From: an uncultured Marinoscillum sp. | GTDB taxonomy: Bacteria; Bacteroidota; Bacteroidia; Cytophagales; MED-G16 | Assembly: GCA_902633975.1 (NCBI GenBank) | Contig: CACPHX010000001.1 | Span: forward strand, 46,572-110,571 | Direction of reading: 5' to 3' | Length of the DNA: 64,000 bases | Shown: positions 19,601 through 29,823 of the stretch, piece after piece | Position numbering within the stretch: position 1 is the first letter of the stretch | Layout: every line of letters starts with the position of its first letter | Program-made: the position numbers and the translations under genes | The notes under the pieces: model-generated | The model's input: only the letters and a program-made list of their open reading frames with translations | Database searches by the model: none | Told to the model about the DNA's origin: nothing

Positions 19601-20842
19601 TTACTCAAACTCTTTTTTTAGTGTATTAACAACTTCCTCAACAGTATTTTCTTCTAAGTCTGATCTTTTAATTAAATCACTTTTTTCTATATTTAAAACT
19701 GCTTTAGCAGTATCTAAACCTATCCTTTTTAGTTCATCAATTATCCAACCTTCAATTTCATCAGAAAATTCATCTAAATCTACGTCCTCTTCTTGAGATT
19801 CATCTAATTCTCTAAATACATCAATTTCCATTTCAAGTAGTCTGCTTGCTAATTTAATATTTTGCCCACCTTTACCAATAGCTAAAGAAACTTGGTCTGG
19901 TTTAAGATATACTGACACTCTCTGTTCTTCATTATCAATATTCATACTAGAAATTTTTGCTGGACTTAATGCCCTAGAAATATATAATTCCTGATTATCT
20001 GTAAAATTTATTACATCAATATTTTCATTTTGCAATTCTCTTACTATTGAATGTATTCTGGATCCATTCATTCCGACGCAAGCTCCTACTGGGTCTATTC
20101 TGTCGTCATAAGATTCAACACAAATTTTTGCTCTTTCACCAGGTTCTCTAACAGCTTTTTTTATTGTTATTAAACCGTCAGAAATTTCCGGAACTTCGTT
20201 TTCAAAAAGTTTTGTAAGAAAATTTGGACTAGTTCTTGACAAAGTTATTTTTGGATTTCCTCTAAACATTTCTACACTTGTCACCACTCCTCTGAGAGTA
20301 TCACCTTTTCTGTATTTATCTTTATGGATTTGTTCAGATCTAGGTAAGGATATTTCATTACCTTCGTTGTCTACAAGTAAAACTTCTCTACTTAATATTT
20401 GATATATCTCACCTGTTATAATCTCTCCAACCAAATCCTCGTACTTATTAATTATTACTTCTTTTTCTAAGTCCTTTACTCTTTGTATAAGTGTTTGCTT
20501 CGCTAAAATAATTGCTCTTCTCCCAAAATCTTCAATTTTAATCTCTTCAGCCACTTCATCACCTACTTCAAAGTCCTCCTCAATTTTTTTTGCATCTGTT
20601 AGTTTAATTTTATCAAAGTCCCATATATCCTCCGAGTTATCATCTACTATTTCTCTGAACCTCATTATTTCCAAATCACCTTTATCAGCGTTTATAACAA
20701 TATCAAAATTATCATCATGCTCAAATTTCTTTTTTATCATAGCCCTGAAAACATCTTGTAATATCCTGATCATTGTAGGCCTGTCTACATTTTTTTGTTT
20801 TGCAAATTCTGTAAACGTTTGTATTAGTACTCTTGTATCCAT
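19601..20842 (-). CDS. nusA: Transcription termination/antitermination factor NusA
   Basis: S1 and KH domains (GACVGMNGSRIHSIVRELQNENIDV; IGKGGQNIKLASRL). The start is set at MDTRVLIQTFTEFAK (20842). The 9-codon upstream extension in the ORF track would run through a terminator-like hairpin. Confidence 0.93.
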   Translation of the reverse strand: MDTRVLIQTFTEFAKQKNVDRPTMIRILQDVFRAMIKKKFEHDDNFDIVINADKGDLEIMRFREIVDDNSEDIWDFDKIKLTDAKKIEEDFEVGDEVAEEIKIEDFGRRAIILAKQTLIQRVKDLEKEVIINKYEDLVGEIITGEIYQILSREVLLVDNEGNEISLPRSEQIHKDKYRKGDTLRGVVTSVEMFRGNPKITLSRTSPNFLTKLFENEVPEISDGLITIKKAVREPGERAKICVESYDDRIDPVGACVGMNGSRIHSIVRELQNENIDVINFTDNQELYISRALSPAKISSMNIDNEEQRVSVYLKPDQVSLAIGKGGQNIKLASRLLEMEIDVFRELDESQEEDVDLDEFSDEIEGWIIDELKRIGLDTAKAVLNIEKSDLIKRSDLEENTVEEVVNTLKKEFE

Positions 20843-20852
20843 AATATTTTTC

Positions 20853-20877
20853 AAAAAAAATGGGGACAAATGTCCCC
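20853..20877 (-). terminator. Intrinsic-terminator-like hairpin plus U-tract in the nusA 5' leader (candidate attenuator)
   Basis: The minus strand reads GGGGAC-AUUU-GUCCCC-A-UUUUUUUU, ending 10 nt before the nusA ATG. No minus-strand gene upstream could use it as a 3' terminator, because cysS is on the other strand. Confidence 0.55.
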
Positions 20878-20898
20878 GCTTCCATTTAAATTAGTATG

Positions 20899-20929
20899 CA
20901 AACTTAACTTTTTTTAGAAAGAAGTCAAA
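20899..20929 (-). promoter_or_regulatory. Candidate Bacteroidota sigma-A promoter for nusA-infB (TTTG-N19-TAAGTTTG)
   Basis: On the minus strand, TTTG is at 20929-20926, the spacer is exactly 19 nt, and TAAGTTTG is at 20906-20899. The predicted start site lies upstream of the leader hairpin. Confidence 0.5.
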
Positions 20930-20931
20930 TT

Positions 20932-22416
20932 TTGGTAAATAAATCTACATCCTTGGAAAAACAAACTCTAAAAATTTTTAATTCCTTAGGTAAAAAAAAA
21001 GAAACCTTTAAGACAATTAATAATAACAGGGTTTTAATGTATGTGTGTGGTCCAACCGTCTATGATTTACTACATGTGGGAAATTTTAGAGGTCCTATTT
21101 TTTTTAATTTTTTAAGAAATTGGCTAGAGTATCTCGGGTATAGTGTCGAATATGTATACAATTATACAGATATAGATGATAAAATCATCAATAGATCAAA
21201 TCAAGAAAATAAATCTACAAAAGAGATTTCAGAGCAATATATAGATGAATTTAAGAAAGACTATGAATCTTTAAAAATTAACTTTCCAACTCAAACACCA
21301 AAGTGTACTGAACATATAGATGATATAGTTAGGTTTATTGAAGATTTAATTAAAAAAAATTGTGCTTATGAATCAGAAGGTAGTGTTTTCTTTTCTATTG
21401 ATAAGTTTAGCGATTATGGAAAGCTTTCTGGAAAAAAGCCAGAGGATCTTCTAGCAGGTCACAGGGTTGAAGTCAATAAGAAAAAAAAGAATCCGATGGA
21501 TTTTGTATTATGGAAACCATCGAAGGAAAATGAGCCAGGATGGGTTTCACCTTGGGGTATTGGCAGGCCTGGTTGGCATATTGAGTGTTCGGCTATGTCT
21601 AGCAAAATATTAGGACCTAAAATTGACATTCATGGAGGTGGAGTTGACCTGTTATTTCCTCATCACGAAAATGAAATTGCCCAATCTGAATCAAATTTTT
21701 CTAACCGATTTGCAAATTTTTGGATTCATAATAACCTAATAAACTTTGACAATCAGAAAATGTCTAAATCTCTTGGAAATATTGTAAAAGCAAGAGATTT
21801 TATCAAGGAAAATAATGCTGAAATATTTAAGTTTTTAATTCTTAGTGTTCATTACAGATCAATATTGAACTTTAATGACAAAATTCTAAATCTGACAATA
21901 AATAATTTATTAAAAATTTATTCCTCATTAAAACTTAGCTCCGAAATTAATGAATCACAAATAGTTTCAAATCCTGTTAGTAGTTATGAGGATTATTTTC
22001 ACAATAAGAAAAAGGAGATCAACGCACATATTAATAATGATTTTAATACACCAGGGGCCCTTTCAATAATTTTTGAATTAGTTAAGAAATTTAATTTGTT
22101 GGCAGTAAACAAAAAGGTGACACCTGAAATAAAATTTTTTTCTGAGAAGTTTGATGATTTTTTTATTTTGTACGGAGGTATTTTTGGTTTATTTCAAGAG
22201 AAAAGATCAACTTTTCTTAAAAGTTTAAACAATTTATTACTCAAGTCAAGGGGTATCACAGAAGATTATATTAATACTAAAATTAATGATAGAAATTTAG
22301 CTAGAATCAAAAAAGATTTTATACTATCTGATAGTATAAGGGATGATTTAATAGATCTTGGAATTGAACTGAAAGACAATCCTGATGGATCAACTGGTTG
22401 GTATGTTAAAATTTAG
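20932..22416 (+). CDS. cysS: Cysteine--tRNA ligase
   Basis: MYVCGPTVYD..HVGN (HIGH variant) and KMSKSLGN motifs. There is no in-frame ATG upstream of the conserved LKIFNSL opening, so the start is TTG (20932 or 20953). Confidence 0.9.
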   Translation: MVNKSTSLEKQTLKIFNSLGKKKETFKTINNNRVLMYVCGPTVYDLLHVGNFRGPIFFNFLRNWLEYLGYSVEYVYNYTDIDDKIINRSNQENKSTKEISEQYIDEFKKDYESLKINFPTQTPKCTEHIDDIVRFIEDLIKKNCAYESEGSVFFSIDKFSDYGKLSGKKPEDLLAGHRVEVNKKKKNPMDFVLWKPSKENEPGWVSPWGIGRPGWHIECSAMSSKILGPKIDIHGGGVDLLFPHHENEIAQSESNFSNRFANFWIHNNLINFDNQKMSKSLGNIVKARDFIKENNAEIFKFLILSVHYRSILNFNDKILNLTINNLLKIYSSLKLSSEINESQIVSNPVSSYEDYFHNKKKEINAHINNDFNTPGALSIIFELVKKFNLLAVNKKVTPEIKFFSEKFDDFFILYGGIFGLFQEKRSTFLKSLNNLLLKSRGITEDYINTKINDRNLARIKKDFILSDSIRDDLIDLGIELKDNPDGSTGWYVKI

Positions 22417-22417
22417 T

Positions 22418-22981
22418 CTAAACTCCCTCTGCAACTACCTCTTCAACTTCTGGGACGAATCTCTTTAATAATTTTTCTATACCTGATTTTAACGTAATCA
22501 TAGATGATGGACATCCACTACAAGCTCCTTGAAGAGAAACCTTTACAGTTCCTTTTTCAAATGATTCAAATTGAATTGCTCCTCCATCCTGCTCAACAGC
22601 TGGTTTTATATACTCTTCAAGAATTTGAATTATTTTTTTGTCAATTTCCTTAAGTGACTTTTCTTCCTTTTTGTTACTTGATTGAGGATTAATAATTTTT
22701 CCATCTTCTTCAATGAATTTTTTAATAAAATTCCTTAGCTCAAGTTTTACTTCTTCCCAATCTACAAGATCATTTTTGGTTATTGTAATAAAGTTACTCA
22801 TTATGAATACTCTTTCAATATATTTGAATTCAAATAAGGCGAGAGCAATCGGAGACTCAATTGCACTTTTAGGGTCTGGATAATCTTTTATTTCATTGTT
22901 TTGTAAAAGCATTCTATCCGTCACAAACTTTAGAGAGTTTGGGTTTGGATTTGCTTCAATATATATATTCACACTATTCAT
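22418..22981 (-). CDS. NifU/Nfu-family Fe-S cluster assembly protein
   Basis: Nfu_N-like N-terminal domain and a C-terminal NifU domain with GACSGCPSS. Confidence 0.8.
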   Translation of the reverse strand: MNSVNIYIEANPNPNSLKFVTDRMLLQNNEIKDYPDPKSAIESPIALALFEFKYIERVFIMSNFITITKNDLVDWEEVKLELRNFIKKFIEEDGKIINPQSSNKKEEKSLKEIDKKIIQILEEYIKPAVEQDGGAIQFESFEKGTVKVSLQGACSGCPSSMITLKSGIEKLLKRFVPEVEEVVAEGV

Positions 22982-24263
22982 TATCTACATATTTAATTTT
23001 CTCACCTTCAGTAGACGCAACAACACTTGCAACAGTTGCATCTCCAGTTACATTTACTATTGTTCTACACATGTCTAGGGGTCTATCAATTGCAATTATA
23101 AGTGCAAGACCTTGAGGGTCTATGCCAATTGCCCCAAGTACAATAACCAACATAATAAGACCAGCTCCAGGTACTGCTGCGGCACCAATTGATGAAAGTG
23201 TAGCTGTTAAAACAATCACCATTTGATCTGCTAGAGTTAAGTCTTGTCCAAAAGCTTGAGCAATAAATACAGCAGATATCGCTTGGTGAATACTTGTCCC
23301 ATCCATATTAATTGTAGCTCCGAGAGGACAAACAAAACTTGTTACTTCATCTGATACATTTAAGTTTTTTTCAACTCTTTTCATGGTAACAGGTAATGTC
23401 GCGGCACTTGAACTAGTGGAAAAAGCTAACATTTGAGCAGGGAAAATTGCCTTAAAGAAACTTCTGAAATTGACTCCTGTAACAAAGTAGATGATTAGAG
23501 GATAAAAAACTAGAACCATAAATGAAAGTCCAATTAGAACAGTAACTGCATAGTAGAGAAGAGGTTTAAGGGTTGTAATAATATTATTTGGATCATCTCC
23601 AGCTAGATCTACAATTAAACCAGCAAGCAGCGCAAATACACCAATTGGTGCGTATTCCATAATAATTTCAACTATTTTAATTATTATTTCATTAAGTCCA
23701 TCAAATGCTTTCTTTATAGGATCTGATTTTTTCTTTGATGATAATACTAATGCGATACCAAATAACACAGAGAAAAATATTATTTGAAGCATATTTTTGT
23801 TGTTACTTGCTGAGTAGAAAAAGTTGTCAGGAACTACATCAATCATCATCTGCAGTGGACCTGAATCTTCAACGTTTTTTGCACTTGTTATTTTCATGTT
23901 TGCATCAGATGCATATTTTTCTTTGAGTTCGGCTGTTTTTTCTTCAGGAAAATACTCTCCAGGCTCAAGAGTATTAGCTAATATTAATGCAAGTACTATT
24001 GCAGATATTGTTGTAAGAACATAGATGCCAAATGTCTTTCCTCCTATTCTTGAAAGTTTTGATGTATCTCTCAAGTTTGAAATGCCAGATACCAAGGAAA
24101 CAAAAATTAAAGGGACAGCAACTAATTTTAGCATTTTGACAAATATTGTTCCAAAAGGCATTACCCAGTCTGTTATATAATTACCAATGCCAATAAATAC
24201 GGATGCAATGCCTAAAAGAAGACCAAATATTAAACCAGAAATTATTTTATTATGAAGCGGCAT
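22974..24263 (-). CDS. Dicarboxylate/amino acid:cation symporter (DAACS/GltP family)
   Basis: 429 aa, multi-TM, with ...SSSAATLPV..., NMDGTS and AAVPGAGLIML family motifs. Confidence 0.88.
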   Translation of the reverse strand: MPLHNKIISGLIFGLLLGIASVFIGIGNYITDWVMPFGTIFVKMLKLVAVPLIFVSLVSGISNLRDTSKLSRIGGKTFGIYVLTTISAIVLALILANTLEPGEYFPEEKTAELKEKYASDANMKITSAKNVEDSGPLQMMIDVVPDNFFYSASNNKNMLQIIFFSVLFGIALVLSSKKKSDPIKKAFDGLNEIIIKIVEIIMEYAPIGVFALLAGLIVDLAGDDPNNIITTLKPLLYYAVTVLIGLSFMVLVFYPLIIYFVTGVNFRSFFKAIFPAQMLAFSTSSSAATLPVTMKRVEKNLNVSDEVTSFVCPLGATINMDGTSIHQAISAVFIAQAFGQDLTLADQMVIVLTATLSSIGAAAVPGAGLIMLVIVLGAIGIDPQGLALIIAIDRPLDMCRTIVNVTGDATVASVVASTEGEKIKYVDNE

Positions 24264-24266
24264 ACC

Positions 24267-25337
24267 TTATTTCTTACTCTGTAAATAAAGATCAACAATC
24301 ACATTAGCAGCCATGCTTTCTACAATCGGTACTGCTCTAGGCACTACGCATGGATCATGTCTTCCTTTACCCTTCAAAGTTACAACCTTATTTTTTGAAT
24401 CAATACTGTTTTGATCCTTCATGATAGTAGATACAGGTTTAAATGCAACATTAAAATATATGTCTTCTCCATTACTTATACCTCCTTGTATTCCTCCAGA
24501 AAAATTAGATTTAGTTTTAACTTTTCCTTTTTTAGAAACATTGAACTCATCGTTATGATCAGAACCATTCATTGATGAACCATGAAAACCACTTCCATAT
24601 TCAAATCCCTTAACTGCATTAATTGAAAGCATAGCTCTACCAAGTTCTGCGTGAAGTTTATTAAAGATTGGCTCTCCAATTCCAACAGGGCAACCCTGAA
24701 CTACACATGTGATAACTCCACCAACAGTGTCAAGTTTTTTTCTTGTCTTGTCTATTAAGTCAATAAACATTTCTGCATATTCATTATCTGGACATCTGAC
24801 AATATTTTTCTCGGTATTTTTTAAATCAAGATCAGAATAGTGCTTTGTTAGTTTAATATTTCCTACTTGTGAAACATAAGCATTAATTTTTATATCTAAA
24901 TTCTTTAAAATTTGTTTTGCAATTGCACCAGCAGCTACCCAATTTGCTGTTTCTCTTGCTGAGCTCCTACCACCACCTCTGTGATCTCTATTCCCATATT
25001 TTTTGAAGTATGTATAATCAGCATGAGAAGGTCTAAAGGTATCTGATATATGCTTGTAGTCACTGCTCTTTTGATCTTTATTCTTGATTTGCAGGCTTAT
25101 AGGAGCACCAGTAGTTTTATCTTGAAATATTCCTGATAAAATTTCCACAGAATCGTCTTCTTTTCTTGGAGTTGTGATTTTTGATTGGCCAGGTTTTCTT
25201 CTTTCTAACTCATCTTGAATATTTTTTTTATCAATTTTTATGCCTGGAGGACATCCATCAATAACGACTCCTATTGATTTTCCATGTGATTCTCCATAGG
25301 TAGAAATTTTAAAAATCTTTCCGAATGTATTACCCAT
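24267..25337 (-). CDS. aroC: Chorismate synthase
   Basis: [14 protein letters not shown] and [14 protein letters not shown] motifs; 356 aa. Confidence 0.95.
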   Translation of the reverse strand: MGNTFGKIFKISTYGESHGKSIGVVIDGCPPGIKIDKKNIQDELERRKPGQSKITTPRKEDDSVEILSGIFQDKTTGAPISLQIKNKDQKSSDYKHISDTFRPSHADYTYFKKYGNRDHRGGGRSSARETANWVAAGAIAKQILKNLDIKINAYVSQVGNIKLTKHYSDLDLKNTEKNIVRCPDNEYAEMFIDLIDKTRKKLDTVGGVITCVVQGCPVGIGEPIFNKLHAELGRAMLSINAVKGFEYGSGFHGSSMNGSDHNDEFNVSKKGKVKTKSNFSGGIQGGISNGEDIYFNVAFKPVSTIMKDQNSIDSKNKVVTLKGKGRHDPCVVPRAVPIVESMAANVIVDLYLQSKK

Positions 25338-26784
25338 TTTTCCTAATTATTACAAGTATTGATGTTGTAACCACTAATGTAATTATAATAAAACTTAGAA
25401 ATTTACTATTAAAAAAGTGTTTTTTATTCTCTTTTAGTTCATTTGATTGATTTTTAATAAAATCAATAAATGTATCGGATTCAATATTCTTAATTATACT
25501 ATTTTTCATTTCTCCAAATGCGTTGATTATTATTTCTGATCTAAGGGTATCATAATTTTCAGATTGTCTATTAAAAAAAATCCAATTAACATGTTCAGAG
25601 AAGTCATAATCACCAGCCTCATAAGGTATGCCATAATAGCTATATTTTTTTGACCCAAATACTTTTCCTCTTTCTCTCTTGATTATTTGTTCAGAGTTGG
25701 GTGGGTAAAGTTCTATATTGTTTAGATTAATTTCTGGTTCATTGATTGCTGATATATTTCCCTCACCTATAATTTCAAATTCGTAATTAAAGCTATTACC
25801 GGTCTCTATATTTTTTGAGTCTATACTTTCTTTGAGTTTGAAGTTGCCTACAACCACGTTGTCTCTAAGAGGATGTTCAGGAAGATCACTGACATTTACT
25901 TTTATTGGCTTTGAAAAAAACTTCTCATAATCTTCTATCTTATTTCTACCAAAGAATGATGGTCTTTTTGATACTTTATATTTTATGAGTTCAAGTTCTA
26001 AACTAGGAAAATTTATATCTTCATTATTGAAAGGGTAGTATGTTGCTTGAAAAATCTTATACTGATTATATCTTTTATTATTTATCACTACTGGTATACT
26101 GTTGATATTTTCAATATTAAAGTTTTCCTCCCAACAATTACCTGGTTTGATTTTCTTTAGAATATCAGTTAATTGTCTTCCTAACTCATAGAATCTCATG
26201 TCCGCTACATTATTTTCTGATACGTAAAAGGCTAATGTTGTATTAAAACCTTCACCAACAAAAACATTTTTTTTATCTGTACTTAAACTTAGAAACGCAT
26301 CAGCTTCTACTTCATAAAATTCATCATTATCCCTGTCAAAAAAATTGTCAAAGGGGTCATCAAAAGGATCAAAAAAGTTCTTGAAAGGAGAGTTGTTTTT
26401 AGAACCAGACTCTTTTGTAACAGTGATTTTTTTTCCTCTAACATCTATTTTTTCGTTATTAACATTAATTTCAAAACTCGGAATTTCAAATTCACCTTCT
26501 TGCTTTGCAATATAGTTTTGTATGATGCTCTGGGATGAAGACATTTTGCCATTTATAAAATTTGTTGAGCTTGAAGAAGATATTCCTGCTTTTAAAAATC
26601 CATCGATTTCAGGAAATTGTGAATAATTCTTTATCTGGTCATTTTGTATTGAAACAGTTATTTGTAATGCTCCACCAACTCTAATTTTTTCAGGTTTTAT
26701 AGATACACTTATTTCCTGAGCAAAAGTAAAAATACTTGTACTTGAAATAAATAGAACAAGTGTTAATATTTTTTTTAATAACAT
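25330..26784 (-). CDS. BatD-like membrane-anchored protein (signal peptide, large extracytoplasmic region, C-terminal TM)
   Basis: 484 aa. N-terminal signal, C-terminal [23 protein letters not shown] anchor. The opening ...[25 protein letters not shown] resembles BatD. The family call is from memory only. Confidence 0.4.
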   Translation of the reverse strand: MLLKKILTLVLFISSTSIFTFAQEISVSIKPEKIRVGGALQITVSIQNDQIKNYSQFPEIDGFLKAGISSSSSTNFINGKMSSSQSIIQNYIAKQEGEFEIPSFEINVNNEKIDVRGKKITVTKESGSKNNSPFKNFFDPFDDPFDNFFDRDNDEFYEVEADAFLSLSTDKKNVFVGEGFNTTLAFYVSENNVADMRFYELGRQLTDILKKIKPGNCWEENFNIENINSIPVVINNKRYNQYKIFQATYYPFNNEDINFPSLELELIKYKVSKRPSFFGRNKIEDYEKFFSKPIKVNVSDLPEHPLRDNVVVGNFKLKESIDSKNIETGNSFNYEFEIIGEGNISAINEPEINLNNIELYPPNSEQIIKRERGKVFGSKKYSYYGIPYEAGDYDFSEHVNWIFFNRQSENYDTLRSEIIINAFGEMKNSIIKNIESDTFIDFIKNQSNELKENKKHFFNSKFLSFIIITLVVTTSILVIIRKNG

Positions 26785-26843
26785 AAGTAAAATTAATAAT
26801 CAAATGATTTTTTAGTCCTAAAAAAAAATTAAAAAAAGTTAAA

Positions 26844-27761
26844 TTATTTTGCTGCTTTTATATTTCTGATGATGCCTTCATATTTGGCTCTTTTGACGGC
26901 TGAACCCTCAAAAATTTTATTAAATGTATCTTCAGTAAGTTCTACCCAGTCTCTTTTTCTTAGTGATGAAAGCTCCTTTTTTGGTTTAAAACTATCCTCT
27001 TTATGGGGTCTGGAAAACTTATTCCAGGGACACACATCCTGACAAATATCACACCCAAAAATTGCATCATTAAGATTACTTTTTAATTCATTAGGAATTT
27101 CTTTCTTATTTTCAATAGTGAGATATGAAATGCATTTATTAGCATCAATTACCTGGGCTGAAGTTATTGCATCAGTTGGGCATGCGTCTATACACTTTGT
27201 ACATTTACCACATCTGTCTTTTGTTATTGTATCATACTCGAGTTCTAGATCACAAATTATTTCTGCAAGAAAAAAATAGCTTCCTTTCCTCTCATTAATT
27301 AGGAGTGAATTTTTTCCAATCCAACCTATGCCTGATAACTTGGCCCATGCTCTCTCATGTACAGGAGCAGAGTCAACAAAAACTCTTCCATCTACATCAC
27401 CAATTTTTTCCTTCATGTAGTTAAAGAGTATTTTTAATTTCTTCCTTATCACTTTGTGATAATCCTTTCCATAAGCATATTTCGAAAGTATAAAATTATT
27501 TTTTTTATCAATTTTTTCCTTTGGGAAATAATTATAACTAAGTGAAATTACTGATTGAGCTCCAGGAACTAATTTTCTTGGGTCTAATCTTTTATCTAAA
27601 TTTTTTTCAAGATAATTCATTGATCCCTGATAACCCTGAGATAACCATTTCTCAAACTTTTCCTCCTCCTCATGAAGATGTCTAGCCTTAGAAATACCAC
27701 AACTTGAGAATCCTAATTCTATCGCTTTATTTTTAATTAGAGTTGTATTTTTTTCAACCAT
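26844..27761 (-). CDS. queG: tRNA epoxyqueuosine(34) reductase
   Basis: Two ferredoxin-type clusters: CGKCTKCIDACPTDA and CDICQDVCPWNKF. The start is moved to the third Met (MVEKNTTL), which avoids a 32-nt overlap with ruvB. Confidence 0.88.
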   Translation of the reverse strand: MVEKNTTLIKNKAIELGFSSCGISKARHLHEEEEKFEKWLSQGYQGSMNYLEKNLDKRLDPRKLVPGAQSVISLSYNYFPKEKIDKKNNFILSKYAYGKDYHKVIRKKLKILFNYMKEKIGDVDGRVFVDSAPVHERAWAKLSGIGWIGKNSLLINERKGSYFFLAEIICDLELEYDTITKDRCGKCTKCIDACPTDAITSAQVIDANKCISYLTIENKKEIPNELKSNLNDAIFGCDICQDVCPWNKFSRPHKEDSFKPKKELSSLRKRDWVELTEDTFNKIFEGSAVKRAKYEGIIRNIKAAK

Positions 27762-28785
27762 TGAAAATTTCATTTTGGAAACCACCTTGTGGGTTTATAC
27801 CAAGATGATCATATGAAAAGTTAGTAGCTACTCTGCCTTTTTGAGTCCTTTTTATGTATCCCTCCTGCACAAGAAAAGGTTCATATACTTCCTCAATTGT
27901 ATTGGCCTCTTCACCACATGCAGTAGCTATTGTCTTTATACCAACAGGACCTCCGTTAAATTTTGTAACTATTGCCTCAATTATTTTATTATCCATTTCG
28001 TCTAATCCTTTTTTGTCTATTTTTAGGGAACTAAGACTTTTCATTGTTATTTCTTTTGTTATTTTTCCATCTCCCTCAACTTCAGCAAAATCTCTTACTC
28101 TTCTTAATAAATTATTTAATATTCTGGGCGTTCCTCTACTTCTAGAAGCAATTTCTAAAGAAGCTTTTTCTTCTATAGGTATTTTAAGTATTTCTGCAGA
28201 CCGGTTAACAATTTTTGTTAGTATTTTTTTATCGTAATACTCTAACCTAAAATTTATTGAAAACCTTGAACGCAGTGGTGCAGAAAGTAGTCCAGATCTT
28301 GTAGTAGCTCCAATAAGTGTGAAAGGATTTAATTTAATTTGTACTGACCGCGCACTAGGTCCTGAGTCTATCATTAAATCAATTTTAAAATCTTCCATTG
28401 CTGAGTAGAGATATTCTTCTATTACTTTATTTAACCTGTGAATTTCATCAATAAATAGAACATCGCCTTCCTCTAAATTTGTCAAGAGGCCAGCTAAATC
28501 TCCTGCCTTTTCAAGAACTGGACCTGAAGTGACTTTTAAGTTTGAAGAAAGTTCAGTTGATATTATATGAGAAAGCGTAGTTTTTCCAAGTCCGGGGGGA
28601 CCGTGAAGTAATACGTGATCAAGAGGTTCAGATCTTTTTTTTGCTGCCTTTACAAAGACTTTGATATTTTTTAGAATTTGATCCTGACCAAAAAAATCAT
28701 TGAACGACTTTGGCCTAAGAATATTTTCAAATTCTTTATCTTTGGAGGTAGTATTTTTATCTGAATTTAAATAGTCTTCTCTCAT
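27754..28785 (-). CDS. ruvB: Holliday junction branch migration helicase RuvB
   Basis: Walker A GPPGLGKTTL, DEIHRL, TRSGLLSAPLRSRF, RGTPRI. Confidence 0.95.
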   Translation of the reverse strand: MREDYLNSDKNTTSKDKEFENILRPKSFNDFFGQDQILKNIKVFVKAAKKRSEPLDHVLLHGPPGLGKTTLSHIISTELSSNLKVTSGPVLEKAGDLAGLLTNLEEGDVLFIDEIHRLNKVIEEYLYSAMEDFKIDLMIDSGPSARSVQIKLNPFTLIGATTRSGLLSAPLRSRFSINFRLEYYDKKILTKIVNRSAEILKIPIEEKASLEIASRSRGTPRILNNLLRRVRDFAEVEGDGKITKEITMKSLSSLKIDKKGLDEMDNKIIEAIVTKFNGGPVGIKTIATACGEEANTIEEVYEPFLVQEGYIKRTQKGRVATNFSYDHLGINPQGGFQNEIFNG

Positions 28786-28812
28786 ACAACAATTGCTAAT
28801 TTAATTATTTTT

Positions 28813-29823
28813 ATGCGTCGTATATTAATCTCTCTAGTTTTTGTTTTGGTTGCAACCATTTTTTTTCTGACTAGAAAAAATCGAAATGAATTTGTAATTA
28901 CAGGGACAACAATGGGTTCAATCCAGTATACTGTCAAGTACATATCAGATGAAAAAAAAATATTAAAAAATGAGATAGATTCAATCCTAATTCAATTTAA
29001 CAGAATTTTTTCAACCTATATCCCAGACTCCGAAATATCAGTCATTAATAATTCAGAAGGTAGAATAAATGTTAGTAAAGAGTTTGGTAAACTTATTTAT
29101 GAGAGTAAATTAATTTATGACATAACAGATGGAATGTTTGATCCAACCGTTGGTCCAATTGTTAATAAATGGGGATTTGGGCCAGATAAAATAGATAAGG
29201 TCCCTAGTGAGGCAGAAATAAATCAGTTAATCAAATTTGTAGGATTTGATAAAATAACTTTTAATGAAGGCCATATTTACAAAAAATTTAAAGAATCATA
29301 TATTGACTTTAGTTCTATTGCAAAAGGGTACGCTGTTGATGTTATTCATAATCATTTAAAACTAAAAAACTTAACTGATACCTATGTTGAAATTGGGGGG
29401 GAGGTAAGAGTAAGTGGGAAAAATATAAAAAAAAATAATTGGGTTCTGGGTATTAGGGAACCTAGTTTTGACGGTAATATTAATTTGTCTGCAAAAGTAT
29501 CTTTACCTAACATGTCGCTTGCTACCTCTGGAAATTATCTTAATAAATATTATGTTGATGATAGTCTTTTTTTTCATACTATCAATCCAAAAAGTGGTTA
29601 TCCAGCTTATACAAACATGCTGAGCGCTTCAGTTTTTTCTGACAATTGCCTAACTGCAGATGCATACGCTACAGCGTTTATGGCTATGAACTTTAAAGAC
29701 TCAAAAAGAATTTTAAATTCATTAGATAACCTTTTCGGATATTTTATTTATATGGATAATGGTGAGGCTAGAATATATATATCCGATGGACTAAAGCCAT
29801 ATATATCTGTTAATGAAAAATAA
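28813..29823 (+). CDS. apbE: FAD:protein FMN transferase (ApbE family)
   Basis: MFDPTVGP, SIAKGYAVD, LATSGNY and TADAYATA motifs; N-terminal membrane anchor. Confidence 0.85.
   Translation: MRRILISLVFVLVATIFFLTRKNRNEFVITGTTMGSIQYTVKYISDEKKILKNEIDSILIQFNRIFSTYIPDSEISVINNSEGRINVSKEFGKLIYESKLIYDITDGMFDPTVGPIVNKWGFGPDKIDKVPSEAEINQLIKFVGFDKITFNEGHIYKKFKESYIDFSSIAKGYAVDVIHNHLKLKNLTDTYVEIGGEVRVSGKNIKKNNWVLGIREPSFDGNINLSAKVSLPNMSLATSGNYLNKYYVDDSLFFHTINPKSGYPAYTNMLSASVFSDNCLTADAYATAFMAMNFKDSKRILNSLDNLFGYFIYMDNGEARIYISDGLKPYISVNEK

Noticed and set aside
20843-20869. 9-codon N-terminal extension of nusA (MSPFFLKNI)
   Set aside because: It would be translated through the GGGGAC/GUCCCC hairpin and U-tract. 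The MDTRVLIQTFTEF opening matches the usual NusA N-terminus.
27762-27785. Longer queG start overlapping ruvB by 32 nt
   Set aside because: The third in-frame Met removes the overlap, and the conserved QueG sequence begins after it. The choice remains uncertain but does not affect function.
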